From Candidatus Buchananbacteria bacterium RIFCSPLOWO2_01_FULL_39_33 (GTDB taxonomy: Bacteria > Patescibacteriota > Patescibacteriia > 2-01-FULL-39-33), in the NCBI GenBank assembly GCA_001817505.1, contig MHIM01000028.1, forward strand, positions 383 to 64,382: DNA of 64,000 nt, in the 5' to 3' direction. Below are positions 46,321-57,183 of this stretch, piece by piece. Position numbers and translations under genes: made by a program. Positions within the stretch are counted from its first letter, which is position 1; every line of letters begins with the position of its first letter. Below the pieces are notes generated by a model, which did not search any database, was not told where the DNA came from, and saw nothing but the letters and a program-made list of their open reading frames with translations.

Positions 46321-49300
46321 ATGACAATAAAAGTTCCAATTAAAAAAATAATTCCATTGCTGATTATTATGGCAGTTTTAATCGGAGTTTTTAGTTATGT
46401 TAATTTGTCTTTAGCCCAGACCGACCGGTTTGGTTTGGAAAATGCCGCCGGCATCGGTTTGGCCCAGACCGATTTGAGAATTGCTATTATAAATATTATC
46501 AGGTTTATTCTGGGTTTTTTAGGCCTGGCGGCGGTTATCATCATCCTTTATGGCGGCTATCTTTGGCTGACGGCTGATGGCAACCCCAATAAAATTGAAA
46601 AAGCCAAGAAAACTTTGATTTCTGCCGTTATCGGCTTGATCATTATTTTATCAGCTTTTATTATTGCTTCGTTTATTATCAATGCGCTTATCGGCGCTCT
46701 GTGTGTGGGCGATGAATGTCCCACTGATACCTGCCCGGTTCCGCCTTGCACACCAACTTGCCCGGTTCCGCCTTGCACACCCAATAGCTCCAATCAATAC
46801 GCTTATATCAACAAGCTAAAAGATAATGCCTTGTCTTGGTCCAGAATACTTGGTTATGGCTTTACCGGCGTAGCTAAAATGCCGGGCAGCGCGACGCTGG
46901 AAGTCGGCGGTTATGCCAAGAATAAAGACAGCACTATTAATGGTCTGGATCTTTATACCGCTCTTTCAGGCGAGACCTTTGCTTTGCAAAGCCAGTTTGC
47001 TAATGTGCCGGCTAATGTGGCCATTGTTGATAATGTTTATGCCCCTTGGAATTCCTCGGCTTATGCCATTAACAGCGAATATCAAGCCAAGATTAATGCT
47101 TTGTTTCCTAATGACTCGCATGTTGAATCGCACACTCTTAAGACCATCGTTAAGCCGCTTCATTGCTTTAACAATATTCAGGATGAAGGTGAAACCGGAG
47201 TTGATTGCGGCGGCGATGAGGCGGTTTTAGGCGATGATTATTGCGGCGCTTGTGAAGGCGGCACTTGCACCACTGATAGCGATTGCTCTACCGGCGTTTG
47301 CCTGGATGGCGTTTGCGCTTTTAGTCCTATTATTTCCAGCTTGGAACCCAATAACGGAGCCCAGGGAAATTACATCACTATCTGGGGCAAATATTTTGGC
47401 GCTACGCCGGGATCGGTGATGCTGACTAAAGACGGACAAACCAGTGTTTTTGCCAACTTAGATTTGGCTGATGGCTGTGATAATACTTGGACTGATACCC
47501 AGATTATTTTTGAAGTGCCCGAAGTGGCCTTGCAGACCTATAATGTCATCGTGGAAAACAGCGTCGGTTTGACCAGCAATCCCAAGGATTTTGAGGTTAA
47601 TGACACAGTGCGCCCGGGCATTTGCGGAGTCAATCCCGAGTCCGGACTTAATCCGGACCCGATAGAAATCGTCGGTAATAATTTTCCGACAGCGCCAAAC
47701 GGCCAAGTTTATTGGAGTTTTAAACCGGATAATTTCTCCAGTCCCAATGTGGTTTGGCTGGATGATAACCGCGCCAGCGATATCGTGCCCGAGAGCGGAG
47801 TCGGCCAGACCAGCATCAGGGTTTATAACAGCGCCGAATACAGCAATTATTATAATTTTTTAATTAGCGGCGGCGGCTTGGGCGAACCCTGCGGCGACTC
47901 TAATGCGACTATCTGCTCCGCCGCTAATATCTGTCAGAGCGGGCTTTTCTGCGACCCTAACGCCGGCTGTACTTGCCAGGTGATTACTAATCCTTGCACG
48001 CCCGGTTCTGCCCGGAGTTGCGAGATTCCTGATAATACTTGCGCTGCCACTGAAGTTTGTCCGACTAGCGGCAACTGGGATGATGCCGTTTGCACCCAGA
48101 CCGATCTGACTTGCATCTCGGGTTTGACGGTAGAACCGGCCACCCAATCGCTTTATGCCTGGGCTTTTACTTTTGGCAATGGTTACGGTTTTGAGGCGCC
48201 GGCCGTGATTGAAGATTGCAGCCGCATCAGGACTTGTTCTCCCGATCAGAAATTGCCCAGTCCGGCTCCCTGGTATGAAGGCGAGGGAGCGGTTGAGGGC
48301 TGGGATAGCGCTATTTCCCGAAATTCTTCTTTATATATTCAGGATCCTAAGGCCTGCGTCAATGCCACGGTTTCAGCCAGATTCACTGAAAAAATGGACG
48401 TCCAGTCGGTTAAAGACCATGTTAAATTTTTTAAGTGCGCTGACCGAGGCGGCACCAATTGCCAAGCGGTGGCCGGTAACGGTAACCTTGAGGTCTATCC
48501 GACTGATGACGGCGTCAGGGATTATTTTATTTTGCGGAATCCGGTTTTGGAAGATAACGCTTGGTATAAAGTCGTCTTAACCGATGGCCTGCGCAGTTAT
48601 CTTAATGTGGAAATGGCAACCAGCACCAAAGTCATTGCCGATCGTTTTTGCAATGTGACGTCTTATGAAGGCAACAACATCAGTAACGCGGTTTATTGCT
48701 GGAATTTCCAAACCCGGAAATCGGATCAGTATTGCGAGCCCGGCTGTCCGGAGTGCAACCCCGATCCCAAGACGATGAATTATTATTATCAAACGCAGTT
48801 ATTTTCCACCAATGTAGTCAGTGAGGATAATGTCTGTTTAATGATTGATCCTTGGGCTTATAATTGGGGTTGGTCGTCTAAAGATATTAGCAAAGTGACT
48901 ATAACCAATAATGATTTGTACAAATATGATCCCGGTACGACTAACCGGAATTTAACGGCCGGCAGTGATGACAAGGTTGATCCCGAACAGACCGGCACGG
49001 CTAGGGGTGAAAATTATAACATCGCTCCTGAATTCCACACTAAAGTTTTCAGCGAACTCACTCAGACCGGCCAGAATGATTATTGCCGGGTAATTACCGA
49101 TTTTACCAATCCGGTGGTGATGGAAAATTCCTCTTGTTCTTTCGGCACTATTCAAAGCCCGACTCCCTGGATTAATTCTAAGGATGCTTGTCGCAACGCT
49201 TTGATTGCCGCCCGCTTCAGCCGTGATATGCATGATGATAGTTTAACCTTAAATACCAGAACCAATCTCCGGCTAGGCAGTAGCAACACCACTGGCAACA

Positions 49301-52300
49301 TTATTGTGGAAAAATGCGGAGCCGGCGAGGAGTTCAGCGAGGCTGCCTCAAACTGTCAAAGCATTAAGATTGCCGAAGCTGATAGTTTGCGGATATTCAC
49401 TTACAGCCAAGCCGTTGATTTTGAAGAGTTATTAGCCAACCAATCGGCTTTTGGCGATGGCACAGCCGAAGGGTTTGTGATTGATATCAACGCCAAGGAT
49501 TTGGAAGATCCGACTGTTGATGAATATCTTGACGCCAAGACCTGGTACCGGGTGGTCATCCTTGGCGGCAAACATGGTGTTGCCGGAGCTGATACTAATA
49601 ATGATGGCAGTCCTGATGGCATTTTACTGACGGAAAATAGCATTATAAATGAAGTCAGAAACGGCTGGGATTATAACCATGACGGCCAGGATGATTATTT
49701 CTGGGTGTTTAAAACCAGTGACCAGGCCTGCGATGTTGACACCGTTCAGGTCTCTCCGGCTGAAAATTTTATGGAATTTATTGGTGAAACTAGCGGCTAT
49801 GACGCCTTTCCTCAAGCCGCTAATTGCAATATCTTGGCCCGTTGTTTGTTTGATTGGACCTGGCGGTCGCTGATTGAACTCTCCGATAATCCCAATGAGA
49901 CCGGCCAGGTCATCGCTGCCATTACCAAATTAAAAATACAAACCGGCATCTGCGGCGCGGTTGATGATAATCTAACTGACCCGGTCCAGACCGCTACCGC
50001 CAAATTAGACGGCGAAACCAATATCCGCGCCGAAGAGCCGGGACTAAAATGGGGCTATGGCCATTTACAAGTCGGCTACGGGGATTTAGCGGTAGTCAAA
50101 TACAGCCCCAATAAAACCACTCACTTTGAAGAAAAAAATATCAAAATTGATTTTAATATTGAAGCTCAAATGGATTCGGTTAGGTTTAATAACGCCGCCG
50201 ACCATAATGTTAATTTGTACCAATGCACTGACGCCCAGGCCTATTATAAATTGAATGATAATACCAATGACAGTTCCGGCTGGCAATATAACGGGGTCAA
50301 TAAAAGTGTTTCTTTTGCCGCTGGCCAGTTTGATAAAGCCGCTAATTTTACCGGCAGCGCTGGTAAATACATCCAAATTGACAGCGATAATTTGAAAATT
50401 GCCGGCGCTTTGACTGTGGCGGCTTGGGTCAAGCCGTCAACTGCTCCTCTTGGCGAGGGCCGAGTCGTCTTTTCCAATTATGCTTGGAATAATGGCGGCG
50501 CTAATGAGCGCGGCCTGGTTTTGGGCGATGATTATGGTGCGGTTGACCATTTCCAATTCAAAATATTTGACGGTTCTGGTAAAACTGCCTCCGCCTCCAC
50601 CACCGATTTCTTTAAGAACTATTTAAATAAGTGGACGCAGGTCGTCGGCGTTTATCGGCCAGGTAAGTCCGTTAAGTTATATATTAATGGCGAAGAAGTA
50701 GCTTCTACTGCTACTGCCTTGTCGGCCATTTCTTATAATGCCGATATCCCAACCAGAATCGGCGCGCGCGCGGATTCTGATAACCAAGGCATGTGGAGCG
50801 GTTCAATTGACGAGGTGAGATTGTATGATCAGGCCTTGAGCGCCAGCGAAATCAAAAACTTATATAATAGCGATGGCGAATGTCCGGTTTCCGGTTTGAT
50901 TAATAAGGATTTGACCGGCCTGGCTGAGGCCGGAGACGGTGCCTTGTCTAAAGTAATCGCCACTTCGGCCTCGCTTAATTATCAAGTCGGAGCCCAGTAT
51001 CGGCTGGTCTTAAAAGGTGGTCCTAAAGGTCTAATAGCTTGGAATGATAATGAATTGACCAACCTGAATTTTAACAGCACTGGTAGCGGCGGCGGCGAGG
51101 AATGCGAGCCCGGCCTTTATCCCTGGCAAGAGCAAGCCGGCGTTTGCACCAATGAGGAGTGCCTTTTGGCTGCTGATCAGGATTTATGCTCCTTGGCTAA
51201 TGGCCGCTTGGCCGAATGCCGATTGGGCTCTGTTGATTGCGACAATAAATGCCATAACCAGGGCAACAACAACCAGGCCTCTTGCGGCGATAGAACAGTT
51301 GGTCCCAATGAAGATTGCGATGATGGCAACATAGTTGCCGGCGATGGCTGTTCCAACCGTTGTTTGAACGAGGGCTCCAGCGATAAGTGGAGTTCGCTCT
51401 GTTTCAATAAAATACTGGAAAAGGGCGAGGACTGCGACTTCGGTAGTCAGAGCGCTAACAGCGCCAATAGTTGCAGCGATCAGTGCCTTTGGAAAAATAA
51501 GACCAATACCGGTAGTAGCGCCAATGTCTCGGTCTGCGGCAATAGTAAGAAAGAACAGGGCGAGGATTGCGATGACGGCAATACTGTTAGTGGCGATGGC
51601 TGTCGGGGCACTGAAAATGGAAACAAGGGCTGTCTTTTTGAAGGAACGGCCGGCGGAGCGGTTTGCGGCAATAACTTGGTGGAGTCCGGCCAAGCCGACA
51701 GTTTTTCTTGGACCTTTGAGGCGGTCAATGACCCTTCAGTCACTATTAATATGAATAATTGCACTAACGGCATTTGGCAGGTCTTGGTCAAGCGGGGGGA
51801 TATTGATGCTGATAGTATTTTTATTTGCGAAAAAGATCAATTTACTGGCCTGTCAGAGAATAATTTATGGGGTCGGATCGTCTATAAAATAAAATCAATC
51901 CTGGCCCGGTTTTTCAACATCGGCGTTTTAGCCGACGATAATGACGGTTGCGGCGCCGGTTATGCAGTAGTGCCGCCGACCACGGCTGTTTTCAGCGACC
52001 GACTGGAATATCTGAATCAAGACCAGCGCGTTTATACTTATATTAAAAATAGAGATTGGACTCTTGATAAAAAATATAAGATCAACGTTTATGAAGGTGA
52101 TTTTGACGCTCTTACCAACAATCAGCCCAAGGTTTCTAAAGAAACGACTATTAAAGAATACTGCCAATTAAACGATGTCAAAGTTGAGATTTGGCCCCAA
52201 GGCGAAGAGAAATATAATGACAATTATTTCTGTATCGGCGACGATTGCGGGCAAAATACCGACAGCCGCTATGACAATGATATTTCCGCCAGCGGGAATG

Positions 52301-55300
52301 CTGACGCCCAATACTTGATAGAGCCCACGACCGCTTATGATTTCCCTTATTTGAAATCAAATGGTTTGGCTGTCATTGATGACAATTTAGAGGGTAATCA
52401 GCATTTATATCTGGCTTGGGCGGTTAATGCCAAAGATTATTTAATTAAAGCCGAGGGAGGTTTTAATTGGGAGTTGGCGGATTTGCCGAAGTTTGACTTA
52501 TCAACTTCAGATTTTACCGGAACTTCTTATAAAGGCGACCAATGGATTTCTTTAGATGGTTATAAAGTCGCTGGTCAAGTTGATGGTTCTGACCAATTAA
52601 CAGTAACTGCTACTCAACAAAAGTCGGGCCAATCAGCTCTTAGCGCCGAGGCCACCATTGATATTAAAATTTTCTTATGCAATAATCCTTGGCCCACTCC
52701 GGAAAATTTTCCTTATCAAGATGAAGAGAAAAATTGTTTACCTGATATTGGTATTACCGATTGTCCCAATACTAATTTTGAAATCTATTATTGCCGCGAC
52801 AATGGCCAGGCCGGGGAAAACGACGATTTGCCGACGCTGGCTACCAGCACGGTGGTCTATCAGCCCGATCCGTTTAAAAAAGAATTCTTGCTCCAGCGCG
52901 CCGATAAAAGCGATGCTATCGGCATCAGAGTGATGGCCAATGACAACCATTATTCACCTTTACTGTGGTATCGGGAAAATTTTGACCTTGAACATCAAGG
53001 CAATCCGCAGAGCGCCTTAGTTGACGGTTATGAAGCCATCAACGAGGGCCGGACTGTTTATGCCAATGCCGTCAATGTAGAATATATGGCCGGCAGCCAG
53101 TCCTTATGGTCCGATATCTATTTGATTTCTTACAGCGATGGCGCCGATGCCGCCACCCAGAATATTTATTCCCAAATGGCCGGCTATATGAAATTTAATG
53201 TCGGCGCTAAAGACGAAGGCGGTTTGCCTTTTGATTCCAACGACAGCGGCAGTGTTTGTAAAAATAACGGGTCTTATAAGTGCTGGGAGGATAGTGATTG
53301 CGCGGCAGTTGACGCCGGCGCTTGCTTGTCCGCTAAAGGCAAACTAACTCGCGACACCAAGCGCTTGGGTGATATTCAGGATATTAACTGGCTCTTGAAC
53401 GAGTATTACAGCCAAAAACGCTGTAGCAATGACAAAGCCGTTGTTTGCAATAGCGGCGCGCAATGCTCCGGTGGAGGAACTTGCGCTAATTATTATCCCG
53501 ATTTGCCTGCCGGCACCTATATTGCCGGCCGCAGTTTCAGCGTCTGGCCTTCCTGGCAGGCGACTTTGGGCAATGCTTTGGGCTCGGCCTTGCCGATTGA
53601 TCCTTTAAACAACGGCGTTGCTGAAAGTAAATTCAGCAGTGATGGCTACGGCTTTGATGGTTGCAGCGACGATAGCGACGATTTTGATTCTGTCACTTGC
53701 TGGGATGATATTAATAAGAAAATGCAATGCCCGAGTTCGGCCCGGGTCTATACTTATTTTTCTACTGATAATTCAACCAACAGGCATGTTTCTGCCTTCA
53801 ATGAGTTCACTAACGGCGCTTGGAATCCTAATTGGGTTGATGTTAATTTTATAGAATATTATGGTAATCCTTTTGGCCTTGGCACTAACATTATTTGCCG
53901 GGGACTTCTTGTAAACTGTGGCAATAACGAAGAAAACGAAGGTGAGAATTGTTATAACTGTCCATTTGATGTCTGGTGCGACTCTGGTTATTCCTGCCGT
54001 GATGCTGATTCTGGCATAGGAGAAAATTGGCAATGTACTTCTAATTTAGCTAATATTGATTCTGACACTGACGGCTTAAATAATGAAGGGGATAATTGTC
54101 CGTTTGAAGCCAATGCCAATCAAGCTGATACCGACAATGATGGCGTTGGCGATGTTTGCGATAACTGTCCGACTGTAAAAAATGCCAACCAAAACGATAA
54201 AGACAGCGATACCATAGGCGACGCTTGTGATAATTGCCCCAGCGCTTATAATCCCACCCAAGATGCCAGTGTTTGCGCTTTGCCCAGTTGCGGCAATGAC
54301 ACAGTGGAAACCGGCGAGGTCTGCGATGATGACAATACCACCAATGCTGGTAAATGTAATTATAATTGCGCAGCTTGGACTTTTTGCGGCGACGGTCTAA
54401 TCCAAATGCCTAATGGCGGCACTACTGGCTTAAATGGCTTTAATGAAGAATGCGATGACGGCGATAGTTTGTCCGGCGACGGCTGTTCCAATAAATGCGA
54501 AGTGGAAAGCGGCTGGGCCTGCAGTGGTGGTAATGTAGATGGATCTCCCAGCGTTTGCTCGGTGGTCGTAGCGACTTGCGGCAATGGTGTCAGAGAAGGC
54601 GCGGAAACTTGCGATTGCGGCACTGGAGTCGGCTTGTTGCCGGGCGGCGCCTCCAATTGCGGCAATACTTCAGATGTTTATTATACTACTTATAACATAC
54701 TGGGCACTGTAGGTGATGCTATTTATGAGAGTTATTTTGGTTTTTCTGCTTCTTGGTATCAAGAAGGTAAATGGCTGCCTTATTGCAAGGATTCTTGTAA
54801 GAATGGATCAGTAGTTTCCTTATTTTGCGGCGATGGGGAATGGACGGCAGATAGAGAAAAGTGTGATCCACTGACTGCCAAAGGCGAGGCTTTTAGCTGG
54901 GGCCTGGGCACTGGCGATAACAACCAATGGTCTTGCACTATAAATGGCAGTAATGGTTCAGGCGGCTGTCAGGATACCGGCGGCTGGTGCGGCGACCGTA
55001 TTATCAATGGCCAGGAAGAATGCGATGGTGAAGAGGGTTGCCAGTCCAATTGCAGTTGGACGGTTTGCCCGCCTTACACTGTTTCAGCCATTACTCTTGG
55101 TGATTTTATCAATGGCTCAGCAGCTTTAAGCGGTGTTCCGGCTTGCAATTCAGCTGAAAAAATTACCGCTGACTTTAAAATTGATTCCACTGTTTCCAAA
55201 GCGGCTATAGTTTTTGTTAGTGATTTATCTGACAGTATGGAAGATGGTTTAAATAATGGGGTGCGGACTCCCAAATTAACTACCTTAAAGTCCAGTTTAA

Positions 55301-56256
55301 CAAGTGCTATAAATAAAATTTTTGATGAAATTCCGGATGCTCAAATTGGTTTAGTTAGTTTCGCCGATAGTGGTTCCAATAATGTCGGGCAACAATGCTC
55401 AGATTCTTTATGCGATTCTTCTCAGGCAAATATATTAACTAATATAATCAATGGTTATGCCGTTGATAACGAGAGTTATTCTCCTGGTCGAGGCACCAAT
55501 CCGGCTGATGGCTTGGCTATAGCTCGGCCAATTATTAAAAATGTTTCAGCGCTGAATAAATTTATTGTATTTATGAGTGATGGCGCGGCAGATACTGGCA
55601 CGGTATGTAATGAAAATGATAAACCTTCTTCATGTGATATTATTAGCACAGATTCTTCTTTGTTATGCGGCATACTAGACAGAACACGATATTATTATAG
55701 CTGTAGCGGAGTACCAATAGCTAACACTCTAAAATCCGATCCAATTAATGCTACAGTATATTCTATCGCTTATTTCACAGTGGATGCCGGTGCGCTTTCG
55801 GATATGAATCAAATCTCATCCAATAATGTTGTCGACAGTTGTGGCACTGGCTATTGTTATAGTAGTGATAATACCGGTCTCAATAATTTTTATACCAATA
55901 TCATTGACAACATCAAAGATAATTTAAAAGTTAATTTTGATGTTACGGTGGGTGGGATAGTAACTGGTTTTTCTTTAACTATACCACCGGTAGGATCTGC
56001 TAATTTCACTAGCCAATCAATAACCCTACCGGCCGATTTCTGCACTGCTAATGCCAATAACCGAACAATTGAAATTACTAGTGGTAACTTTAACCTGTCA
56101 ATGTCCAATCTTAATTTGAGCTATTGTCCTTATCATCTTTTAGCCAATAAGGCCGGTGTCGGTTCAGTAGCCGGCGAGGCGGCAAAAGCAGCCGATGGCG
56201 GAGCCCAGGGGTTTTTCAGCGCCATCAAGAATTTCCTATTTAATTTATTTCGGTAA
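46321..56256 (+). CDS. Giant secreted multidomain protein (3311 aa) that shares the same N-terminal VirB2/TrbC-pilin-like domain and carries several adhesin-type module classes
   Basis: The N-terminus is paralogous to the preceding gene (IIRFILGFLGLAAVIIILYGGYLWLTADGNPNKIEKAKK). Modules recognised: a TCPVPPCTP x2 repeat; an IPT/TIG domain (SPIISSLEPNNGAQGNYITIWGKYFG); a LamG domain (DEVRLYDQALSASEIKNLYNS); Myxococcus Cys-rich repeats (CGDRTVGPNEDCDDGNIVAGDGCSNRC and others); TSP3 repeats (DSDTDGLNNEGDNCPFEANANQADTDNDGVGDVCDNCP...); and a vWA domain with a DLSDSM MIDAS motif. Confidence 0.85.
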   Translation: MTIKVPIKKIIPLLIIMAVLIGVFSYVNLSLAQTDRFGLENAAGIGLAQTDLRIAIINIIRFILGFLGLAAVIIILYGGYLWLTADGNPNKIEKAKKTLISAVIGLIIILSAFIIASFIINALIGALCVGDECPTDTCPVPPCTPTCPVPPCTPNSSNQYAYINKLKDNALSWSRILGYGFTGVAKMPGSATLEVGGYAKNKDSTINGLDLYTALSGETFALQSQFANVPANVAIVDNVYAPWNSSAYAINSEYQAKINALFPNDSHVESHTLKTIVKPLHCFNNIQDEGETGVDCGGDEAVLGDDYCGACEGGTCTTDSDCSTGVCLDGVCAFSPIISSLEPNNGAQGNYITIWGKYFGATPGSVMLTKDGQTSVFANLDLADGCDNTWTDTQIIFEVPEVALQTYNVIVENSVGLTSNPKDFEVNDTVRPGICGVNPESGLNPDPIEIVGNNFPTAPNGQVYWSFKPDNFSSPNVVWLDDNRASDIVPESGVGQTSIRVYNSAEYSNYYNFLISGGGLGEPCGDSNATICSAANICQSGLFCDPNAGCTCQVITNPCTPGSARSCEIPDNTCAATEVCPTSGNWDDAVCTQTDLTCISGLTVEPATQSLYAWAFTFGNGYGFEAPAVIEDCSRIRTCSPDQKLPSPAPWYEGEGAVEGWDSAISRNSSLYIQDPKACVNATVSARFTEKMDVQSVKDHVKFFKCADRGGTNCQAVAGNGNLEVYPTDDGVRDYFILRNPVLEDNAWYKVVLTDGLRSYLNVEMATSTKVIADRFCNVTSYEGNNISNAVYCWNFQTRKSDQYCEPGCPECNPDPKTMNYYYQTQLFSTNVVSEDNVCLMIDPWAYNWGWSSKDISKVTITNNDLYKYDPGTTNRNLTAGSDDKVDPEQTGTARGENYNIAPEFHTKVFSELTQTGQNDYCRVITDFTNPVVMENSSCSFGTIQSPTPWINSKDACRNALIAARFSRDMHDDSLTLNTRTNLRLGSSNTTGNIIVEKCGAGEEFSEAASNCQSIKIAEADSLRIFTYSQAVDFEELLANQSAFGDGTAEGFVIDINAKDLEDPTVDEYLDAKTWYRVVILGGKHGVAGADTNNDGSPDGILLTENSIINEVRNGWDYNHDGQDDYFWVFKTSDQACDVDTVQVSPAENFMEFIGETSGYDAFPQAANCNILARCLFDWTWRSLIELSDNPNETGQVIAAITKLKIQTGICGAVDDNLTDPVQTATAKLDGETNIRAEEPGLKWGYGHLQVGYGDLAVVKYSPNKTTHFEEKNIKIDFNIEAQMDSVRFNNAADHNVNLYQCTDAQAYYKLNDNTNDSSGWQYNGVNKSVSFAAGQFDKAANFTGSAGKYIQIDSDNLKIAGALTVAAWVKPSTAPLGEGRVVFSNYAWNNGGANERGLVLGDDYGAVDHFQFKIFDGSGKTASASTTDFFKNYLNKWTQVVGVYRPGKSVKLYINGEEVASTATALSAISYNADIPTRIGARADSDNQGMWSGSIDEVRLYDQALSASEIKNLYNSDGECPVSGLINKDLTGLAEAGDGALSKVIATSASLNYQVGAQYRLVLKGGPKGLIAWNDNELTNLNFNSTGSGGGEECEPGLYPWQEQAGVCTNEECLLAADQDLCSLANGRLAECRLGSVDCDNKCHNQGNNNQASCGDRTVGPNEDCDDGNIVAGDGCSNRCLNEGSSDKWSSLCFNKILEKGEDCDFGSQSANSANSCSDQCLWKNKTNTGSSANVSVCGNSKKEQGEDCDDGNTVSGDGCRGTENGNKGCLFEGTAGGAVCGNNLVESGQADSFSWTFEAVNDPSVTINMNNCTNGIWQVLVKRGDIDADSIFICEKDQFTGLSENNLWGRIVYKIKSILARFFNIGVLADDNDGCGAGYAVVPPTTAVFSDRLEYLNQDQRVYTYIKNRDWTLDKKYKINVYEGDFDALTNNQPKVSKETTIKEYCQLNDVKVEIWPQGEEKYNDNYFCIGDDCGQNTDSRYDNDISASGNADAQYLIEPTTAYDFPYLKSNGLAVIDDNLEGNQHLYLAWAVNAKDYLIKAEGGFNWELADLPKFDLSTSDFTGTSYKGDQWISLDGYKVAGQVDGSDQLTVTATQQKSGQSALSAEATIDIKIFLCNNPWPTPENFPYQDEEKNCLPDIGITDCPNTNFEIYYCRDNGQAGENDDLPTLATSTVVYQPDPFKKEFLLQRADKSDAIGIRVMANDNHYSPLLWYRENFDLEHQGNPQSALVDGYEAINEGRTVYANAVNVEYMAGSQSLWSDIYLISYSDGADAATQNIYSQMAGYMKFNVGAKDEGGLPFDSNDSGSVCKNNGSYKCWEDSDCAAVDAGACLSAKGKLTRDTKRLGDIQDINWLLNEYYSQKRCSNDKAVVCNSGAQCSGGGTCANYYPDLPAGTYIAGRSFSVWPSWQATLGNALGSALPIDPLNNGVAESKFSSDGYGFDGCSDDSDDFDSVTCWDDINKKMQCPSSARVYTYFSTDNSTNRHVSAFNEFTNGAWNPNWVDVNFIEYYGNPFGLGTNIICRGLLVNCGNNEENEGENCYNCPFDVWCDSGYSCRDADSGIGENWQCTSNLANIDSDTDGLNNEGDNCPFEANANQADTDNDGVGDVCDNCPTVKNANQNDKDSDTIGDACDNCPSAYNPTQDASVCALPSCGNDTVETGEVCDDDNTTNAGKCNYNCAAWTFCGDGLIQMPNGGTTGLNGFNEECDDGDSLSGDGCSNKCEVESGWACSGGNVDGSPSVCSVVVATCGNGVREGAETCDCGTGVGLLPGGASNCGNTSDVYYTTYNILGTVGDAIYESYFGFSASWYQEGKWLPYCKDSCKNGSVVSLFCGDGEWTADREKCDPLTAKGEAFSWGLGTGDNNQWSCTINGSNGSGGCQDTGGWCGDRIINGQEECDGEEGCQSNCSWTVCPPYTVSAITLGDFINGSAALSGVPACNSAEKITADFKIDSTVSKAAIVFVSDLSDSMEDGLNNGVRTPKLTTLKSSLTSAINKIFDEIPDAQIGLVSFADSGSNNVGQQCSDSLCDSSQANILTNIINGYAVDNESYSPGRGTNPADGLAIARPIIKNVSALNKFIVFMSDGAADTGTVCNENDKPSSCDIISTDSSLLCGILDRTRYYYSCSGVPIANTLKSDPINATVYSIAYFTVDAGALSDMNQISSNNVVDSCGTGYCYSSDNTGLNNFYTNIIDNIKDNLKVNFDVTVGGIVTGFSLTIPPVGSANFTSQSITLPADFCTANANNRTIEITSGNFNLSMSNLNLSYCPYHLLANKAGVGSVAGEAAKAADGGAQGFFSAIKNFLFNLFR

Positions 56257-56416
56257 AATTTTATTATATAAAATAAATCCCTCCTTAACCCCCCCCAACC
56301 CTATCCTTTATAAGGAGGGGGAATAAAAGTAAATCCCTTTTCGTTCAGATACATTTATAGGTAAATTAAACCAAGTTATTGTATAATGTAATTAGATTAT
56401 ATTTTATTTTAAATCT

Positions 56417-57160
56417 ATGTTTGACCAAAAACCAACGCCATTATCCAATCAGACCGGCCAAGAACCGGTGCCGTCTTTGAATTTACCCCAAGAAAATCCC
56501 AGTCCGATTTCTCAACCGCCCCGGCCAACTGGCCAACCAGGCCCAATAGGTCCGCCAGTGGATGATATTTTTTCTCAAACGGATATGGCGGCGCCTTATA
56601 AAGTGGCCAGGCCGATTCAGCCGGGGGAAGCCACTCAAATGCCGGTTGGCCAAGAAGAGATGTTTGGGGGCAAGAAACTCTCAGACAATAAGGCCTTGAT
56701 TATAATTTTGTCTATAATCGGCTTAGTTGTAATTGGCGCGGTGACTTGGGCCGCTGTCAGCTTTTTGACCAGTCAAAGCGGCGGGGAGGACGCTGATTTG
56801 AACGCTAATACTGCTGCTGTTAACAATGTTAACGCCAACGCTAATGCAGGCATTAATGCCGAGACCAATGCCAATGCGGAGATTAATACCAATGCCGAAA
56901 CTAATGTTAATGAGAGCATTATGCCGCCCCCAGACAGCGACAATGACGGCTTAAGCGATGAAGAAGAAAAGCAATTAGGCACCGACCCGAAGAATTTTGA
57001 TACCGATGATGACGGCCTGATGGATCGTGTTGAGGTCAGGATTTATCAGACCGATCCTCTTAATAAAGACACGGACGGCGACGGTTATGAGGATGGAGCC
57101 GAAGTGATTAATGGCTATGATCCGGCTAAAGCCGGCGCTCGGCTTTTTAATATTCCCTAA
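56417..57160 (+). CDS. Membrane-anchored protein with Pro-rich N-terminus, Asn/Ala-rich low-complexity linker and bacterial TSP3 repeats
   Basis: ...NANANAGINAETNANAEINTNAETNVN..., then DSDNDGLSDEEEKQLGTDPKNFDTDDDGLMDRVEV...DTDGDGYEDGAEVINGYDP. Confidence 0.6.
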   Translation: MFDQKPTPLSNQTGQEPVPSLNLPQENPSPISQPPRPTGQPGPIGPPVDDIFSQTDMAAPYKVARPIQPGEATQMPVGQEEMFGGKKLSDNKALIIILSIIGLVVIGAVTWAAVSFLTSQSGGEDADLNANTAAVNNVNANANAGINAETNANAEINTNAETNVNESIMPPPDSDNDGLSDEEEKQLGTDPKNFDTDDDGLMDRVEVRIYQTDPLNKDTDGDGYEDGAEVINGYDPAKAGARLFNIP

Positions 57161-57183
57161 AGTTTATAAATAGGTAAGACGCT

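Noticed and set aside
46557-55673. Numerous 60-170-aa ORFs on both strands inside 46321..56256
   Set aside because: All are embedded in, or antisense to, the 3311-aa gene, which has coherent domain architecture throughout.
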